Of a DNA stretch of 64,000 nucleotides, positions 48,301 to 56,828 are shown piece by piece (the stretch's first letter is position 1; each line of letters starts with the position of its first letter). Position numbers and translations under genes: made by a program. The notes beneath the pieces are model-generated. The model worked only from the letters and a program-made list of their open reading frames with translations. It had not been told where the DNA came from and searched no databases. The DNA comes from Guillardia theta CCMP2712 (lineage: Eukaryota > Protista > Cryptophyta), in contig NW_005434480.1 of assembly GCF_000315625.1 (NCBI RefSeq), positions 19,342 through 83,341 of the forward strand, given 5' to 3'.

Positions 48301-51300
48301 TGGACGATATGAACTTGCGATCTGAGATGTAGCCCGCACACCCTGACGGCTCAGACGTGTAGCCGGCTACCTTCCTGGTCACGTCATTGTTGCAGAGATA
48401 CGACTGAGCTCCTCGGTACACGGCAGGTGCAGACGGTGAATCTACTGTCAGCGAGACCTGAGGGCAGGTCGCTTGTCCTGTCTTGACGTTGGTGAGCTGG
48501 AAACAAAACTTGTACTTGGAGCTCTGCTGCAGCGACTGTGACGGGCCCAGCTGAAACTGTATCGTTGACTTGTCATACGTCGCGTAGTTGTCTTGCGGGC
48601 TAGCCCCAACTGTCTGGAACAGCCCGCTGGTAAGAGGCGATACCCCATACTCATCGTACAAGGCTACTTTGGTACCGGAAGAGAACATGTCCAAGCCCGT
48701 CAGAGTGAAGGTCGTCGGCGCATTGATAGACTTGCTGGGTCTCAAGGTAATGCAAACAGGGTTGACAGCTCCAGGAGCCGGACTCAACTGCCCGATGTCA
48801 TACTTGTTGAGCAGCTGCCTCGTCAAGTAGAGAGCGTGCAAGTCTTTGCGCATCGGCGAAGCCATGAGCTGTGGGCTCGACAGCTTGTTCTCAGCAAACT
48901 GACATGACACGGAGACAGAAGGGCTGGCCTGCTCCGTCACGCCATTCGTCAAGGTGTAACTCCATGCATACGTCCAGCCAGCATGCATGCAATTAGACGG
49001 TCGACCCTTGACAGGCAGCTGGCAAGCTCCTGGAGCAAGGGTGACTACAAGCTCTCCTCGAGCTTTATCCCAGCTTGACTTCTGGATGTTGGGGAAGTAC
49101 TGGTCTGTGATGGCAGCAGCAGACAAGGACGTCACGGCTGTGTCTGCTCCTGTGAGACCAGAGATGGTGATCTGAGGACTGTAGACGGAGCTCAACAGGT
49201 CCATGTTAGACCTCAAGGTGACGGTAATGACGTTCTTCTCCTGCACGACCGAGGTTGACTGGGCGATGACTCGAGTCAGGAAGCTGTGATCGTACGTCTT
49301 GAGCACGCACACGTCTCCGTCTGTCTCGCCGTCTTCGAGGGCTCTATCGACACGGTTCTGCACCATGTTGACCGTTTGCGTGACCAAGCGGTTGCCAGGG
49401 CCAACACCAGAGAAGCTCATGGTCACTGATTGACAAGGGTTTGACACCTTGGGGTTCTTCAGCCTGAGAGCGAACACAATGTCCTGCTGCTGAGGGATCG
49501 AGTAGTACGTCTGATTCGCAGCATCGTCCTGGTTGACGGTCAGGACGGCTGATCCAGACGACCAGCTTGTCGTATGATGGAGTGTACCTCCCGTGATCTG
49601 GTCGATGAAGTGAGCTGTTGGCGGATCAGACTCGGGCTGTAGCTGCATCAAGCTCCAGTCGTATGACGGACAAGCCTTCACGAACAGCGCTGTTGTCGTT
49701 TGAGATCCCTGTAGGCCTGAGATAGTAATCTGGGCCAGGTTGTTCTGACCTTGGGTGTTGGAGAGCGTGGAGACACGAAAGTTGCTTCTCAGCGTCACGC
49801 AGATGTAGTTGGCAACGTCAGGACGGGTAGTCGATTGTCCGATCTTGTACTTGATAAACCCAGGACTCAGCACCGTACCGACTGTGTTGCCGATGTTCTC
49901 CACAGCCTCCGCGCTCACCACGTCTCCTCCTTTCTGCATACTGACAGTCATCGAGCACGCCGGGTGAGCCAAGTCCAGGTTCCGCCAAGTCCATGACAGA
50001 GCGTAAGTACCGCGAGCAACGAGACTCAAGCTGCTCGCCACAGTGATCTTGAGAGGTCCCCCGCCACTCCAGTCCAGCCTTGAGCCTGGCCAGTAGTCCG
50101 CGAGGTCGACCTCGGTCGGGTTTCCAGTACATGTGTCGGTCAGCGGCGTCCCGCCGTTGAGCCTGTTGCTGACTAGAGAGACATAGGCTGAGTTGCTCTG
50201 CGAGCCACAGAGGCCCTGAATGCTGATGACCGACCCTACCTCGACGTTGAAGTTGGGCCGGAGCGTCACAAAGAGGTTGGTCAGTGAGCCAGGGTCGCTT
50301 GAGCTTTGAAACATCGACACCCTCAGCTTCTTGCCCACCACCTCCAAGATCCTCGACGACGAGTCAAACGAGGTCGGCGCAACCGTGATCGCTACAGATT
50401 TGGGTAACGTACAGAAGTCATTGGTCAGACACGCCTGCCCGGACATTGACACTTTGAGGTCTCGAGACGACTGAGGGTTGGCACCCGTCACAAGACTGAA
50501 GGAGAAGGTCAGCACCTCTCCAGCTTGGATGTAATGCCCGGGTATGAGCTGAAAGGTCAGGGTCCCGTCAGCCTTGAAGTCTGCTGAGCCGACGGTGTTG
50601 GCGGTGGTGGAGGTTCGAAACCTCGCAGGCATCAAGTCCTGCACGGGGCTTGAGCCTTGGCATTGACACTTGTTCTGAAAGAGCCGCACGGGCTGACTGG
50701 TGGTCGAGGCTCCCGTCAGTCCGGTGAGAGTGATGGTGGTGGGATTGACGCCAGCCGAGTAGAGGGTGGCCGAGCTGATCAGAGTGACGGTGATGCAGAC
50801 AGCTTGATTGGGCCCATCGTTGTTGCCTGACGCTGCCGCATAGACGAAGGCTGGAGGAGCTACGGTGCCGACGGCTCCTGCGCCTTTTCTGGTAGGGATG
50901 GGAGGCAGGTCCGTACCGAACCTCACTGAGCGATACTGGTCGAAGGGAACTTGATACACCAAGAGATCGCTCGTACAAGGCGTCGACGGAAAGTCACTGA
51001 TCGCCCTCACCGCACAGCCTCGTGAAGATCCAGATGCCTGATACACGGCCACATTCGCTAGCTGATACCAGTGCTCGTCTATCCCTCCGATGGGCGGGAG
51101 AGGGCCCAGCCCGTTCTGCTTGCCGTGGACGTCATAGTTCTGATACAAGGAGACCTTGCTGATGTACACGCCTGTGATGGGCTGCGATGAGGACATGAGG
51201 AGACGGAGCGTCTCTTTCTGTGAGTCCCAATGACACATGGAGAAGGAGTTTGCTTGGAGCTGCTTGAGATCGAAAGCATTCGACGAAAGGTCCTGGGTGA

Positions 51301-51778
51301 TCCCAAAGCATCCTCCCACCCCCGGACCAGCCTCGAGCGAAGACTGGCTTGACACAGAGAGACCTGCTGCCCATGGCTTGGACACGCTCGCAGATATGGT
51401 GACGACTTGACCTTGCTTCATCCACATGACGCTTGTCTCCGCGCTGCCAGATCTGTATGCGCCGAAGATGTTCGATCCTCCTGAAAAGCGCGGGAGATAA
51501 ACTTCGATGACGGTATCGGATGCAAGAATGTCATTCCCTTCGCTCCAAGCTCCCAGCGACCCCCAGTAGATCTTGAGGTCTGTCGCTTTGAGATCCGAGG
51601 CACCTCCTTCCATCTGAAGCTGAGCCGTCTCAGCGACTGTGTACTTCATTCCAGACTGCAAGACGACAGCAGCATGCGCAGGACAGCTGATGGAGAGGAG
51701 GAGCAGCAAGATCGCCTGAGAAGAGGTCAGCATGGGAGCTCGTCGCGAGCAGGACAGCAGCACCGGCAGCCCAGACAT
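39359..51778 (-). CDS. Giant type-I membrane/cell-surface protein, copy B (intact single ORF, ~4,130 aa)
   Basis: Uninterrupted 12.4-kb ORF. ATG at 51778 or 51733, then signal peptide, ~6 N-terminal 'ITVTLRxN...ITISGLxG' modules, ~9 'VTSIxxxxxGSGY...PxV' modules, RRLLQ, 'DEIMxV...LTVxRAQxGTxAxxH' modules and a TM helix. The tail departs from the paralogs after KAVG. Confidence 0.9.
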   Translation of the reverse strand: MSGLPVLLSCSRRAPMLTSSQAILLLLLSISCPAHAAVVLQSGMKYTVAETAQLQMEGGASDLKATDLKIYWGSLGAWSEGNDILASDTVIEVYLPRFSGGSNIFGAYRSGSAETSVMWMKQGQVVTISASVSKPWAAGLSVSSQSSLEAGPGVGGCFGITQDLSSNAFDLKQLQANSFSMCHWDSQKETLRLLMSSSQPITGVYISKVSLYQNYDVHGKQNGLGPLPPIGGIDEHWYQLANVAVYQASGSSRGCAVRAISDFPSTPCTSDLLVYQVPFDQYRSVRFGTDLPPIPTRKGAGAVGTVAPPAFVYAAASGNNDGPNQAVCITVTLISSATLYSAGVNPTTITLTGLTGASTTSQPVRLFQNKCQCQGSSPVQDLMPARFRTSTTANTVGSADFKADGTLTFQLIPGHYIQAGEVLTFSFSLVTGANPQSSRDLKVSMSGQACLTNDFCTLPKSVAITVAPTSFDSSSRILEVVGKKLRVSMFQSSSDPGSLTNLFVTLRPNFNVEVGSVISIQGLCGSQSNSAYVSLVSNRLNGGTPLTDTCTGNPTEVDLADYWPGSRLDWSGGGPLKITVASSLSLVARGTYALSWTWRNLDLAHPACSMTVSMQKGGDVVSAEAVENIGNTVGTVLSPGFIKYKIGQSTTRPDVANYICVTLRSNFRVSTLSNTQGQNNLAQITISGLQGSQTTTALFVKACPSYDWSLMQLQPESDPPTAHFIDQITGGTLHHTTSWSSGSAVLTVNQDDAANQTYYSIPQQQDIVFALRLKNPKVSNPCQSVTMSFSGVGPGNRLVTQTVNMVQNRVDRALEDGETDGDVCVLKTYDHSFLTRVIAQSTSVVQEKNVITVTLRSNMDLLSSVYSPQITISGLTGADTAVTSLSAAAITDQYFPNIQKSSWDKARGELVVTLAPGACQLPVKGRPSNCMHAGWTYAWSYTLTNGVTEQASPSVSVSCQFAENKLSSPQLMASPMRKDLHALYLTRQLLNKYDIGQLSPAPGAVNPVCITLRPSKSINAPTTFTLTGLDMFSSGTKVALYDEYGVSPLTSGLFQTVGASPQDNYATYDKSTIQFQLGPSQSLQQSSKYKFCFQLTNVKTGQATCPQVSLTVDSPSAPAVYRGAQSYLCNNDVTRKVAGYTSEPSGCAGYISDRKFISSNIRSGSNVTGSTVWLTMELQPNYPLASGQTITVGSFISMKNAGSSDIPCTIARNGQVVNAATNKHRAKGIAPPAVFNSVCKYLDNTIQISYTGASTQYSSSVYDPFYNVNARRSKGLYKVEVTAGGSGYQSANVILCDVTPGAEFWTKPTCTAAGVVFAAGSSASAAATVISGTVTSISLTAPGSGYTMRPQVLIVDPSGSGSGAQAEAFVYDHSIYTVQLQLVNQGTAASAQALTVTSGSSFVPATLDSGFEVRARSSMQLQEQPSRDVVFTVTPEHNIYEGDMLLVNLPAYDVVTGPIFGVTSSPNPAFTTFTTQLEWELNYYQEDRARAYISNGWVADGNRHRSGDGDVDGLFVLSRDDDGYNKNKDLCWSRVSCPWSLPDSDITFGGPSKTLVLTKVTNGASSSLGYTQDICYRNTSVNLLQPSDYVGMQLKCRNNQHTVTAGGQVTSVRVRHGGLVVINGRYSESSGVSGAAPTFVASGATDLATGTLLYQVVGVQYVSGSLLAAGDTIVFDSTYQVLPANATISSLYSTSPAVHVTAPGLYSGYPYATVSGKNTQLRVLVSVASASLTSQGSGYTSIPTITTSLKPSVGLPSTVQQLELPVFDVSLTNVTSTVVTQSILDYNPARQCFVVAEEFPTSFLSDCQVVPKEQVGRYTGMTAMIGSSEYVIKQGAGGVYWVADLKGNKPRSIDLANKPYTIYTQLQLQVAKGKWIRQGESVSISIPGYRFKSVPSDPNAFVTPSTDDASKTIRERTRFQFATPVSFRNVGLAGSAASRMLVLGGAMSSGDTCTIQGSDIERPQAFDGVTVNHAETMTSVGGSGPVFAPPSTWGSGYLRPGRFYGTCTSGRRLSGVFMLEGQRSGIERIEIVTPGTSCSANVQVTISSPDKDGVTDGLTNTPVCPSDSSLCSQATAVATVSGGSITSISLTSAGRGYFFPPTVTLTNPSSNTPCDAFAIAHLSHNFTSRLRVTADSNLMMYHPQRDHFDSLTGLHSTVFPAVALYKRYDARKSNAEVGTGYVAAIVVTSLPPSSCTGPITIEPPPSGRTARAQTAANGGVTSIEVIDGGSGYEYPPAVTLPCTDGSARAILGFVTSDVHMAGSRASSYTGMQSALLTSSSKAPAFRSTMDSPVVVGFNKACSTAVTQTMLRAGGSWNSSRVTAVTVPQQGVSGFAFGFTSVKISPSAINANGLVDAHADAVAVPTWSFPVSGSRLVNGELGVVHYNGPTTVTNLFSCDGSVLVFSSPQRPGGQALKIKVSQAAGASLPSYEIVQQGQGYANIPIVVDVEFSVGGAVKSYRQDFADLSSSQQTLCKPSFFSLNTAYQGTNVYSGFVIASGTAAQQTGLTLDGALITHEGYGYQSSGSGPNATFSCSGCSSSACADKNANSIANQVCTASELQVEATVSGECSGSCEQSVATSAFFSPSNRDGLQVCSPADGAAGDYRTRKTLQMRVSSGPSAYSSSNVYTARRSQGFQGPRGSLIFKITANEAFASASLCQPPRVLVEPPPSGGVQAEVLLDYIDTSSDPYTNGPSASSTAASKGFAADAAPYQYVLKVINAGSGYLTAPNIKLDFSSGSLPACPAPTLGAYPRSGMVASRVELVRNISLPELNQGAAKVQPTCSSGSFVVKSLCPGSKLCTSAYSQAKLNPLPSCSGSSQCSACATFPCPAHTCAADNCPSYLSTVLDASLSSVVADEALAAIGWDARTQQPVLLNAGFGFSPSTPNPLKLEFPSDAGQAYPCAEILLYFTDSPSSDALQPGPLYWPGDLSFDQSSVRNLAGQVTGVDYLLRPGFINAVYGSFSNFPVTTLVALRDQAARRLLQSSRSAVLEVQSVSGFQVGDYVRLVDEVLLVDAISVQQSTLTVTRGALNSSIASTFAAGTVVRTFNPGSVLLKSVARDATSIEVSNAAKFTSGRYIQVEKEVMYVTAVGASSLTVLRGQEGTIAVSHAAFKAVGYVRLSQKYPIVLEEAVTADQTSLTVSDASLLFAGAFIQVLGEIMAVTSISGDTLTVQRAQLGTSASSHPTGVLVKLTTGASLGRSIYRSNMVLLATISFSDTVLRLKDPVKDTQSSGFQPGDYLRVFDYYDLFDEAMLVLSAETATVSGYLYQNLTVQRAQFQSNPGKFVFYEGISVNYLFSPRVLEQEIDKTATIANFSNTYGLQAGDLLWAFPGWDNDVYFEVMEYQSDGSVRRGMIPDYRGSSQATSVLAGALVHTIAKPAYLKYPPTCKVTKRFCTSPCEVPLSSVSDFAVGDIVSDGYAAFEVKAINTTDSKITATKVFAPNEDLNLNFNHRFTKVEGLRLLNSTVSLSDTLDTYSITLTTQVSDFYSPGDLVRIGMADLDKWGLPYYKNGLFRVTAVGDYSMDVISFSCSRFACQTTFKQGKAILFKYEKFDVLDGDALFPGDSVMLSGGGYGGTAQVISSSQNEVRLKFTSGEYGTERDDSWIRDAHFTYQLLPVSKKSFARSKLALDINSTVTRVILFDASGFRAGDSIVVDDEVMTIDNLNGNLLQVSRAQAGTAAAPHKLAASVTWTAPVAKTSSPVSAVTPMTRRDQHLRYIAQQGSIALPSSILQASTSYQDVWAQLNEEIILIRQPASGTVPVDDRGLRGTSAAAHVTNTPYNIPNAVFSWQLNVRSSLLGSSGFSALPVYSMNAAGVIAVSGVNVLSGGAGVTSRPTFQLCLNRLIDGDAQGQAVGGAAYSYRPLVQQTYLGVDLTDKFTKRLIRPTVTYPVTYQPWRFPADPLYFQDRMDGYDPSSDSSLLSPTNGSNAINASSPIPHEPGSPVFVLDSFGQMLGDQAVPQQSLSVSDGGPYSYSVTSRPSVLDSTWSSPALLIVSTSSATTADMYLNDTIAGSHSNGQKTALLSASSRMFAWKTDPRKLAVLVGASAAASTIAVASSAAASTPANASSSTTPAGGQNIGAIIGGVIGGVVGAALLGLLTYKLITPKAVGEKVHPSLPPTLAPPASLPLPLPEPSPC

Positions 51779-51851
51779 GTCAGCGGGGAGGGAGGGAGGG
51801 AGGGAGGGAGGGAGGGAGGGAGGAATGGCACTGGCGGGAGGGAGCGAAAGA

Positions 51852-52031
51852 ATCTTGCAAGCCTCCACCCCTCTCCTTATCCACCCCCTGGGTTTACTGG
51901 GACTACCCCCTCGCTACCTAGTTGTACCAGTCTTAATAGTACCGTGCGCTGTACGGTCTATAATTATAATCGAAATCGAGCTTTTTCGGACAAGAGCATA
52001 TCAAGGGCTCGTCCGTTGATATGCCCCACGA
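51852..52031 (-). promoter_or_regulatory. Upstream/promoter region of copy B; left arm of a ~180-bp inverted repeat
   Basis: Reverse complement of 54115-54293. Shares ACTAG...GGGGGTAGTCC...GTAAACCCA.GGG blocks with the region upstream of copy A (13896-13965). Confidence 0.7.
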
Positions 52032-53010
52032 AGTCTAAAAAAACCTGAAGTGGAATTACTTTTCATTCATTCGCCTTGCAAAACAAGACAGAAAAGCTGA
52101 CAGAAAAGTAGCTTTTGAGAGGACAACCTGCAGACAAGCAAACTGTTGCACATAGAAGAAGGCGAAAACAATGTTGTTACTACGTGAAAACTCTAACCAA
52201 GGTTCTAGTTCAACAGAACAATTTGTTGTTTACATGAGATTGCCAGCATTGGACTGTTAATCATGAGCTCTCATATCATGTAACATGATGTTCAGCTACA
52301 GCGCGCTTTCTCGGCTACAGCGCGCTTTCTGTTGGAAGCCAACAAGCAGGCAGGGGCAGAGGATGGATGAAGTCATCGGGTGGGGAAGAGGCAACGGACT
52401 GTACTAGGGCCATGCATGGAGAATGTTGATATGCGGTTGAGTAAACTCTCCATGTTCATTATCCACTGTCAGCAACGCGAAAAGAGATCTCTTACAACAA
52501 GTATGACTTGACCTTGAAGTACGTGTAAAGTACGACCACCAAACCAACGCAGCTGCCAATACCTACCAAGCAGGCAGAAAATGCTATGAGGGCTCGTTGT
52601 AAATCATGAATGCTGGTCAATCTTGGGAAATCAACATATAGAAACAGCAACAGTTCCAGAAAGGCCGGGGGAGGGTGCCTGATACATTACGTTGTCTGCA
52701 TTCGTATGTACAATACCGACAAGCAACATGTTGTTTACCGTCTCTCGGTCTATGCAACATTGCTCACTAGGACACACATGCTCAGAGAAGGTCAAGCCCG
52801 ATCGCGTGAACGGGACGATGACACTACTGCTGTGAGCTAGGATATGAAGCTTATTCCCCGCCACATGTTCCCAAGCACAGTTGGTAAACTCTCCAATCAC
52901 TTCCACATTCAACATTCAAGATAAGGCTGATGTTAGATAATGAAGTCGATTCTGCATATTTAAATAGGTACAGCTCTCAAATGTCCAAGAAAGATCATTT
53001 CCGCTCTCGT

Positions 53011-53808
53011 TTACGACGGTCTTGGTTGCACATTGACAACTTGCGGCAGGATTGCTGAGAGGCCCGGCAGCACAGGTAGCTCTGACTTCCCCGTGCTGAG
53101 GACGATAAGCTTTGGATGGGGTGCATGTCCTACCGCTTTGAACGCACTGAACTTGCCTCCCATGTCGGGAGTTGTGGCATGAGACTCTGTCGCTTGTTGG
53201 ATCAGAGGTTCCGACCTGCTCTCATCCGAAACTTCCGCGGAGGAGACAAAGCCGTGCCGCTTGAGGAACCGGAAACACCACCCTGAATTGGCTTCGAAAC
53301 CTGATATTCCGAGGCTGAATGCTGTCTTCTCAGCAAACATGCGAAGCATTAACTTCCCGACGGTGTCGCTTCTCCCAACAGTTTTGAAAAACTCATGCGC
53401 CTTGCGCTCCAGCTCAGGATGATGAGCCGAAGAGCATCGTTTGATCTTGGTTGTGACCCCAGCCCCAGCGAGCTCTTTAAGCTTTCGCACATTGTTCGGT
53501 TGCAACAGTTTTGATATCGCTGATCTGCTCTTGCCGTAGCGCTTTGCCAAGCAAGTCTGTGAGACGATCTTGGTCTCGTAGCAATGGATGATCTCGAGCT
53601 TCTCTGCCAGGGTCAGCTTCTCGGATTGGGTGGGCCTTGCATTCAAGGTCTTGTTCGCTTCAGCCAACAATGCTGAGGTCTCTTCATGGTCAGAGGGGCA
53701 GGATGACGGCAAGTCCTTCTGGCTGGTCAAGCTCTGAGGCTGGATCAGGCAAAAAGCGCTTTGAGATTGGAAGAGGGAGGGGAGCAGAGGCATCGGGCAG
53801 GCCTGCAT
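53011..53808 (-). CDS. CENP-B/pogo(Tigger)-type DNA-binding protein (N-terminal HTH + Tc5-type HTH), no DDE domain
   Basis: KLTLAEKLEII...SQTCLAKRYGKSRSAISKLL (HTH1) and HPELE...FEANSGWCFRFLKRHG (HTH2, F-x-A-x-x-G-W-x-x-R-F-x-x-R-H signature). The ORF ends about 80 aa later. Confidence 0.85.
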   Translation of the reverse strand: MQACPMPLLPSLFQSQSAFCLIQPQSLTSQKDLPSSCPSDHEETSALLAEANKTLNARPTQSEKLTLAEKLEIIHCYETKIVSQTCLAKRYGKSRSAISKLLQPNNVRKLKELAGAGVTTKIKRCSSAHHPELERKAHEFFKTVGRSDTVGKLMLRMFAEKTAFSLGISGFEANSGWCFRFLKRHGFVSSAEVSDESRSEPLIQQATESHATTPDMGGKFSAFKAVGHAPHPKLIVLSTGKSELPVLPGLSAILPQVVNVQPRPS

Positions 53809-54114
53809 GTTGTACGTCTAGGTGGTGTCTGAGGTGGTGGCAACTTGAGAGCAGGTTGGAGGAATCTATCAAAAGAGATCAGAGGAGCGTTGAGAGCGCG
53901 ACGGACTGTGAGCTACGAGCAGACGCAGCGAGGAGTAGCGACGGGAGCGATGAGCGAGATGGAGGGAAGAGAGGTTGGGAGGTCTGGGTAGAGCACCGGC
54001 CTATGGATGGTAATCTTTAGTCCTCGTGAAATGGCCCTTATTAATTTGAAACTTTGGCCGTGTCGAGTTCATGGGAAGAAGACGCACAAGCAACCGGCTC
54101 CTCTAAAGATATCA

Positions 54115-54965
54115 TCGTGGGGCATATCAACGGACGAGCCCTTGATATGCTCTTGTCCGAAAAAGCTCGATTTCGATTATAATTATAGACCGTACAGCGC
54201 ACGGTACTATTAAGACTGGTACAACTAGGTAGCGAGGGGGTAGTCCCAGTAAACCCAGGGGGTGGATAAGGAGAGGGGTGGAGGTTGCAAGATCCTCCCT
54301 TGCTCTCCCCTCCCCTTCCCCCCCTACCCCCCTCCCTCCCGTCCCTCCCTCCCTNNNNNNNNNNNNNNNNNNNNNNNNNNNNNNNNNNNNNNNNNNNNNN
54401 NNNNNNNNNNNNNNNNNNNNNNNNNNNNNNNNNNNNNNNNNNNNNNNNNNNNNNNNNNNNNNNNNNNNNNNNNNNNNNNNNNNNNNNNNNNNNNNNNNNN
54501 NNNNNNNNNNNNNNNNNNNNNNNNNNNNNNNNNNNNNNNNNNNNNNNNNNNNNNNNNNNNNNNNNNNNNNNNNNNNNNNNNNNNNNNNNNNNNNNNNNNN
54601 NNNNNNNNNNNNNNNNNNNNNNNNNNNNNNNNNNNNNNNNNNNNNNNNNNNNNNNNNNNNNNNNNNNNNNNNNNNNNNNNNNNNNNNNNNNNNNNNNNNN
54701 NNNNNNNNNNNNNNNNNNNNNNNNNNNNNNNNNNNNNNNNNNNNNNNNNNNNNNNNNNNNNNNNNNNNNNNNNNNNNNNNNNNNNNNNNNNNNNNNNNNN
54801 NNNNNNNNNNNNNNNNNNNNNNNNNNNNNNNNNNNNNNNNNNNNNNNNNNNNNNNNNNNNNNNNNNNNNNNNNNNNNNNNNNNNNNNNNNNNNNNNNNNN
54901 NNNNNNNNNNNNNNNNNNNNNNNNNCGATTTGCACTCTCCTTCAGCTGCCCTTCGCATGCTGGTG
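54115..54965 (+). pseudogene. 5' remnant (copy E) of the giant surface-protein gene: promoter and signal-peptide relic, spanning the N gap 54355-54925
   Basis: 54115-54293 is an inverted copy of the B upstream region. 54935-54965 matches A 14170-14200 at 27/31 nt (LSFSCPSHA vs LSISCPAHA). Confidence 0.65.
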
Positions 54966-55169
54966 CTGGCAGCCCTTGTGACGGTTCATCCTCCCTCTCT
55001 TCCTTGGCATCTCCCTTTGGGTTGCTCCTCTCTGCTACTTCGATAGCTTTCCTTCCTCCTCCTTCCTCCTCCTCCTCCTCCTCCTCCCGCTCCTCCTTCC
55101 TCCCTCCTCCTCCTTTTCCTCCCTCCTACTCCTCCTTCCTACTCCTCCACCACCTCCTCCTCGCTCAAG

Positions 55170-56700
55170 AAAACGAGAGTTTGCAAGGGGAGGATCGCAA
55201 CGACGGGAAGGAGAGCAAGGGGGTGTGGCATTGCGACGTCAGACTGTCAGGAGGGAGTAATGTTGGAGGAAGGGCGATCAAGGCCTTGAGACGGTCGGGA
55301 CTACCCTTCACCTCAGTGAATGTTACCCAAGGTACCTCTCCCTTCACCTCAGTGAATGTTACCCAAGGTACCTCTGACGCCCCAATCGTGATCAACCGGA
55401 CAGCGGGGACTGTACAGAACTCACAAGAGTCGCTGGAGGGTATCATTGATGATTTGCAGAAGGTTATGAGCTCCTTCAATCTCTCGCTTGTCCACATGGA
55501 AACATTGCGGACCCTCGGGCTACGAACCACTCTGTACGATTACCAGCTGCGAGGGATCAACTGGATGGTGAGTAGAGAATGTCAACAAGATGGGGAAGGA
55601 GGAGAAGACGCAACCGTGAGCACTTGTACAAACGCATCACTGAACAAACAAGACTGCAACCTGATCGATAGCGATGGGAACAGGAACAACCTCCACAGCC
55701 ACCTCAAACCTGACAAGGTCAGCAATCATTCCAGCACGGACGAGCTCGTTCACTGGGCTCTCTGGAGGAAAGTGACGGCGAATGGAGGGAGATCTCACTA
55801 GGAGAGCGAGATCGCAAAAGTCCGGAGGGCCTCACGACCTGAACCTATCTTGGGAGGAATTCTCGCAGATGATATGGGATTGGGTGAGCTGCCAGCTGAG
55901 AAATTGTACCCTTCAAATGATGTGATGCGGTTCCAACAGGCAAGACAATACAGGTCCTGTCTCTCATCCTGTCCAACGATCCCGATCGCGCTCTCCGAGC
56001 TGACAAGGCTGAAAGTGGGTGCGAGCGAGCAAAGACACTGATTGTCTGCCCGGTCTCTGTCTTGACCAGCTGGGACTCGCAGATCGAAAGGCACATTGAG
56101 GATGGCAAGATGACCACGACGATACTCCACTCGAAGTACCCGCAAAGAAGTTACAACGTGTCCTCACGCAGTCTGTCTGATTACGATGTTGTTGTTACAA
56201 GCTATGAGGCCTTGAGGAATCTTTATCAAAGATGGCTCTTGCGTCGCAGTGCAACACGTGTCAAGAAGGACGGTGAGTTTGCATGTGGATCCTATCATCT
56301 TTCATCACTCTTGTGTTGTACAGGACGACGATCATCGAAACATCATCTTTCATCACTCTTGTGTTGCACAGGACGACGATTATCGAAACAAGACATCATC
56401 TTTCATCACTCTTGTATCATACAGGACGACCATCATCCAAACAAGACTCATCGGCAACGAGAGCATCGGCATCTTCGACATGAGATGGTGGCGAGTGATC
56501 CTCGATGAAGCGCATTGGATCAAGAACAGGAAAACAAGAAGTCATCGAGCTTGTCTGCAACTGACGGCCATCAACCGGTGGTGTTTGACAGCAACGCCAT
56601 TGCAGAATGATGTGGACGATATCCAGTCTCTCTTGCAGTTTCTTAGAGTGGAACCGCTCGACAAGTATTCTACCTGGCTGACATGTCGACCTTGCTCGAG
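55170..56700 (+). pseudogene. SNF2-family ATPase N-terminal domain (RAD5/HLTF/TTF2-like), truncated and frameshifted
   Basis: LYDYQLRGINWM; GGILADDMGL|GKT joined by intron 55884-55939; TLIVCPVSVL; DVVVTSY; WWRVILDEAHWIKN; RWCLTATPLQN. No helicase-C domain follows before the next gene. Confidence 0.85.
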
Positions 56701-56828
56701 ATGGGGAGGACTCAAGGGTGATGGGGTGGACTTGGAGAGGATAAGGCCGGGGGTATAGGGGTATGGGACCGAATAGGATTACAGCATTTTGTTGGCTCAG
56801 TCTTTGACTACTCTATACATAAACTTTG

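Noticed and set aside
14192-51603. Many short overlapping or antisense ORFs inside the giant genes
   Set aside because: Shadow ORFs expected in GC-rich coding sequence; they recur only because the host gene is duplicated.
54189-54227. Helitron 3' end (ACCGT...ACGGT hairpin followed by CTAG)
   Set aside because: CTAG is ~20 nt from the hairpin and followed by G rather than T; no 5' end or Rep/helicase is visible.
51852-54293. Intact pogo/Tigger transposon with TIRs around the HTH gene
   Set aside because: There is no DDE domain and no clear TA target duplication. The inverted arms match the surface-gene upstream region and continue into a signal-peptide relic.
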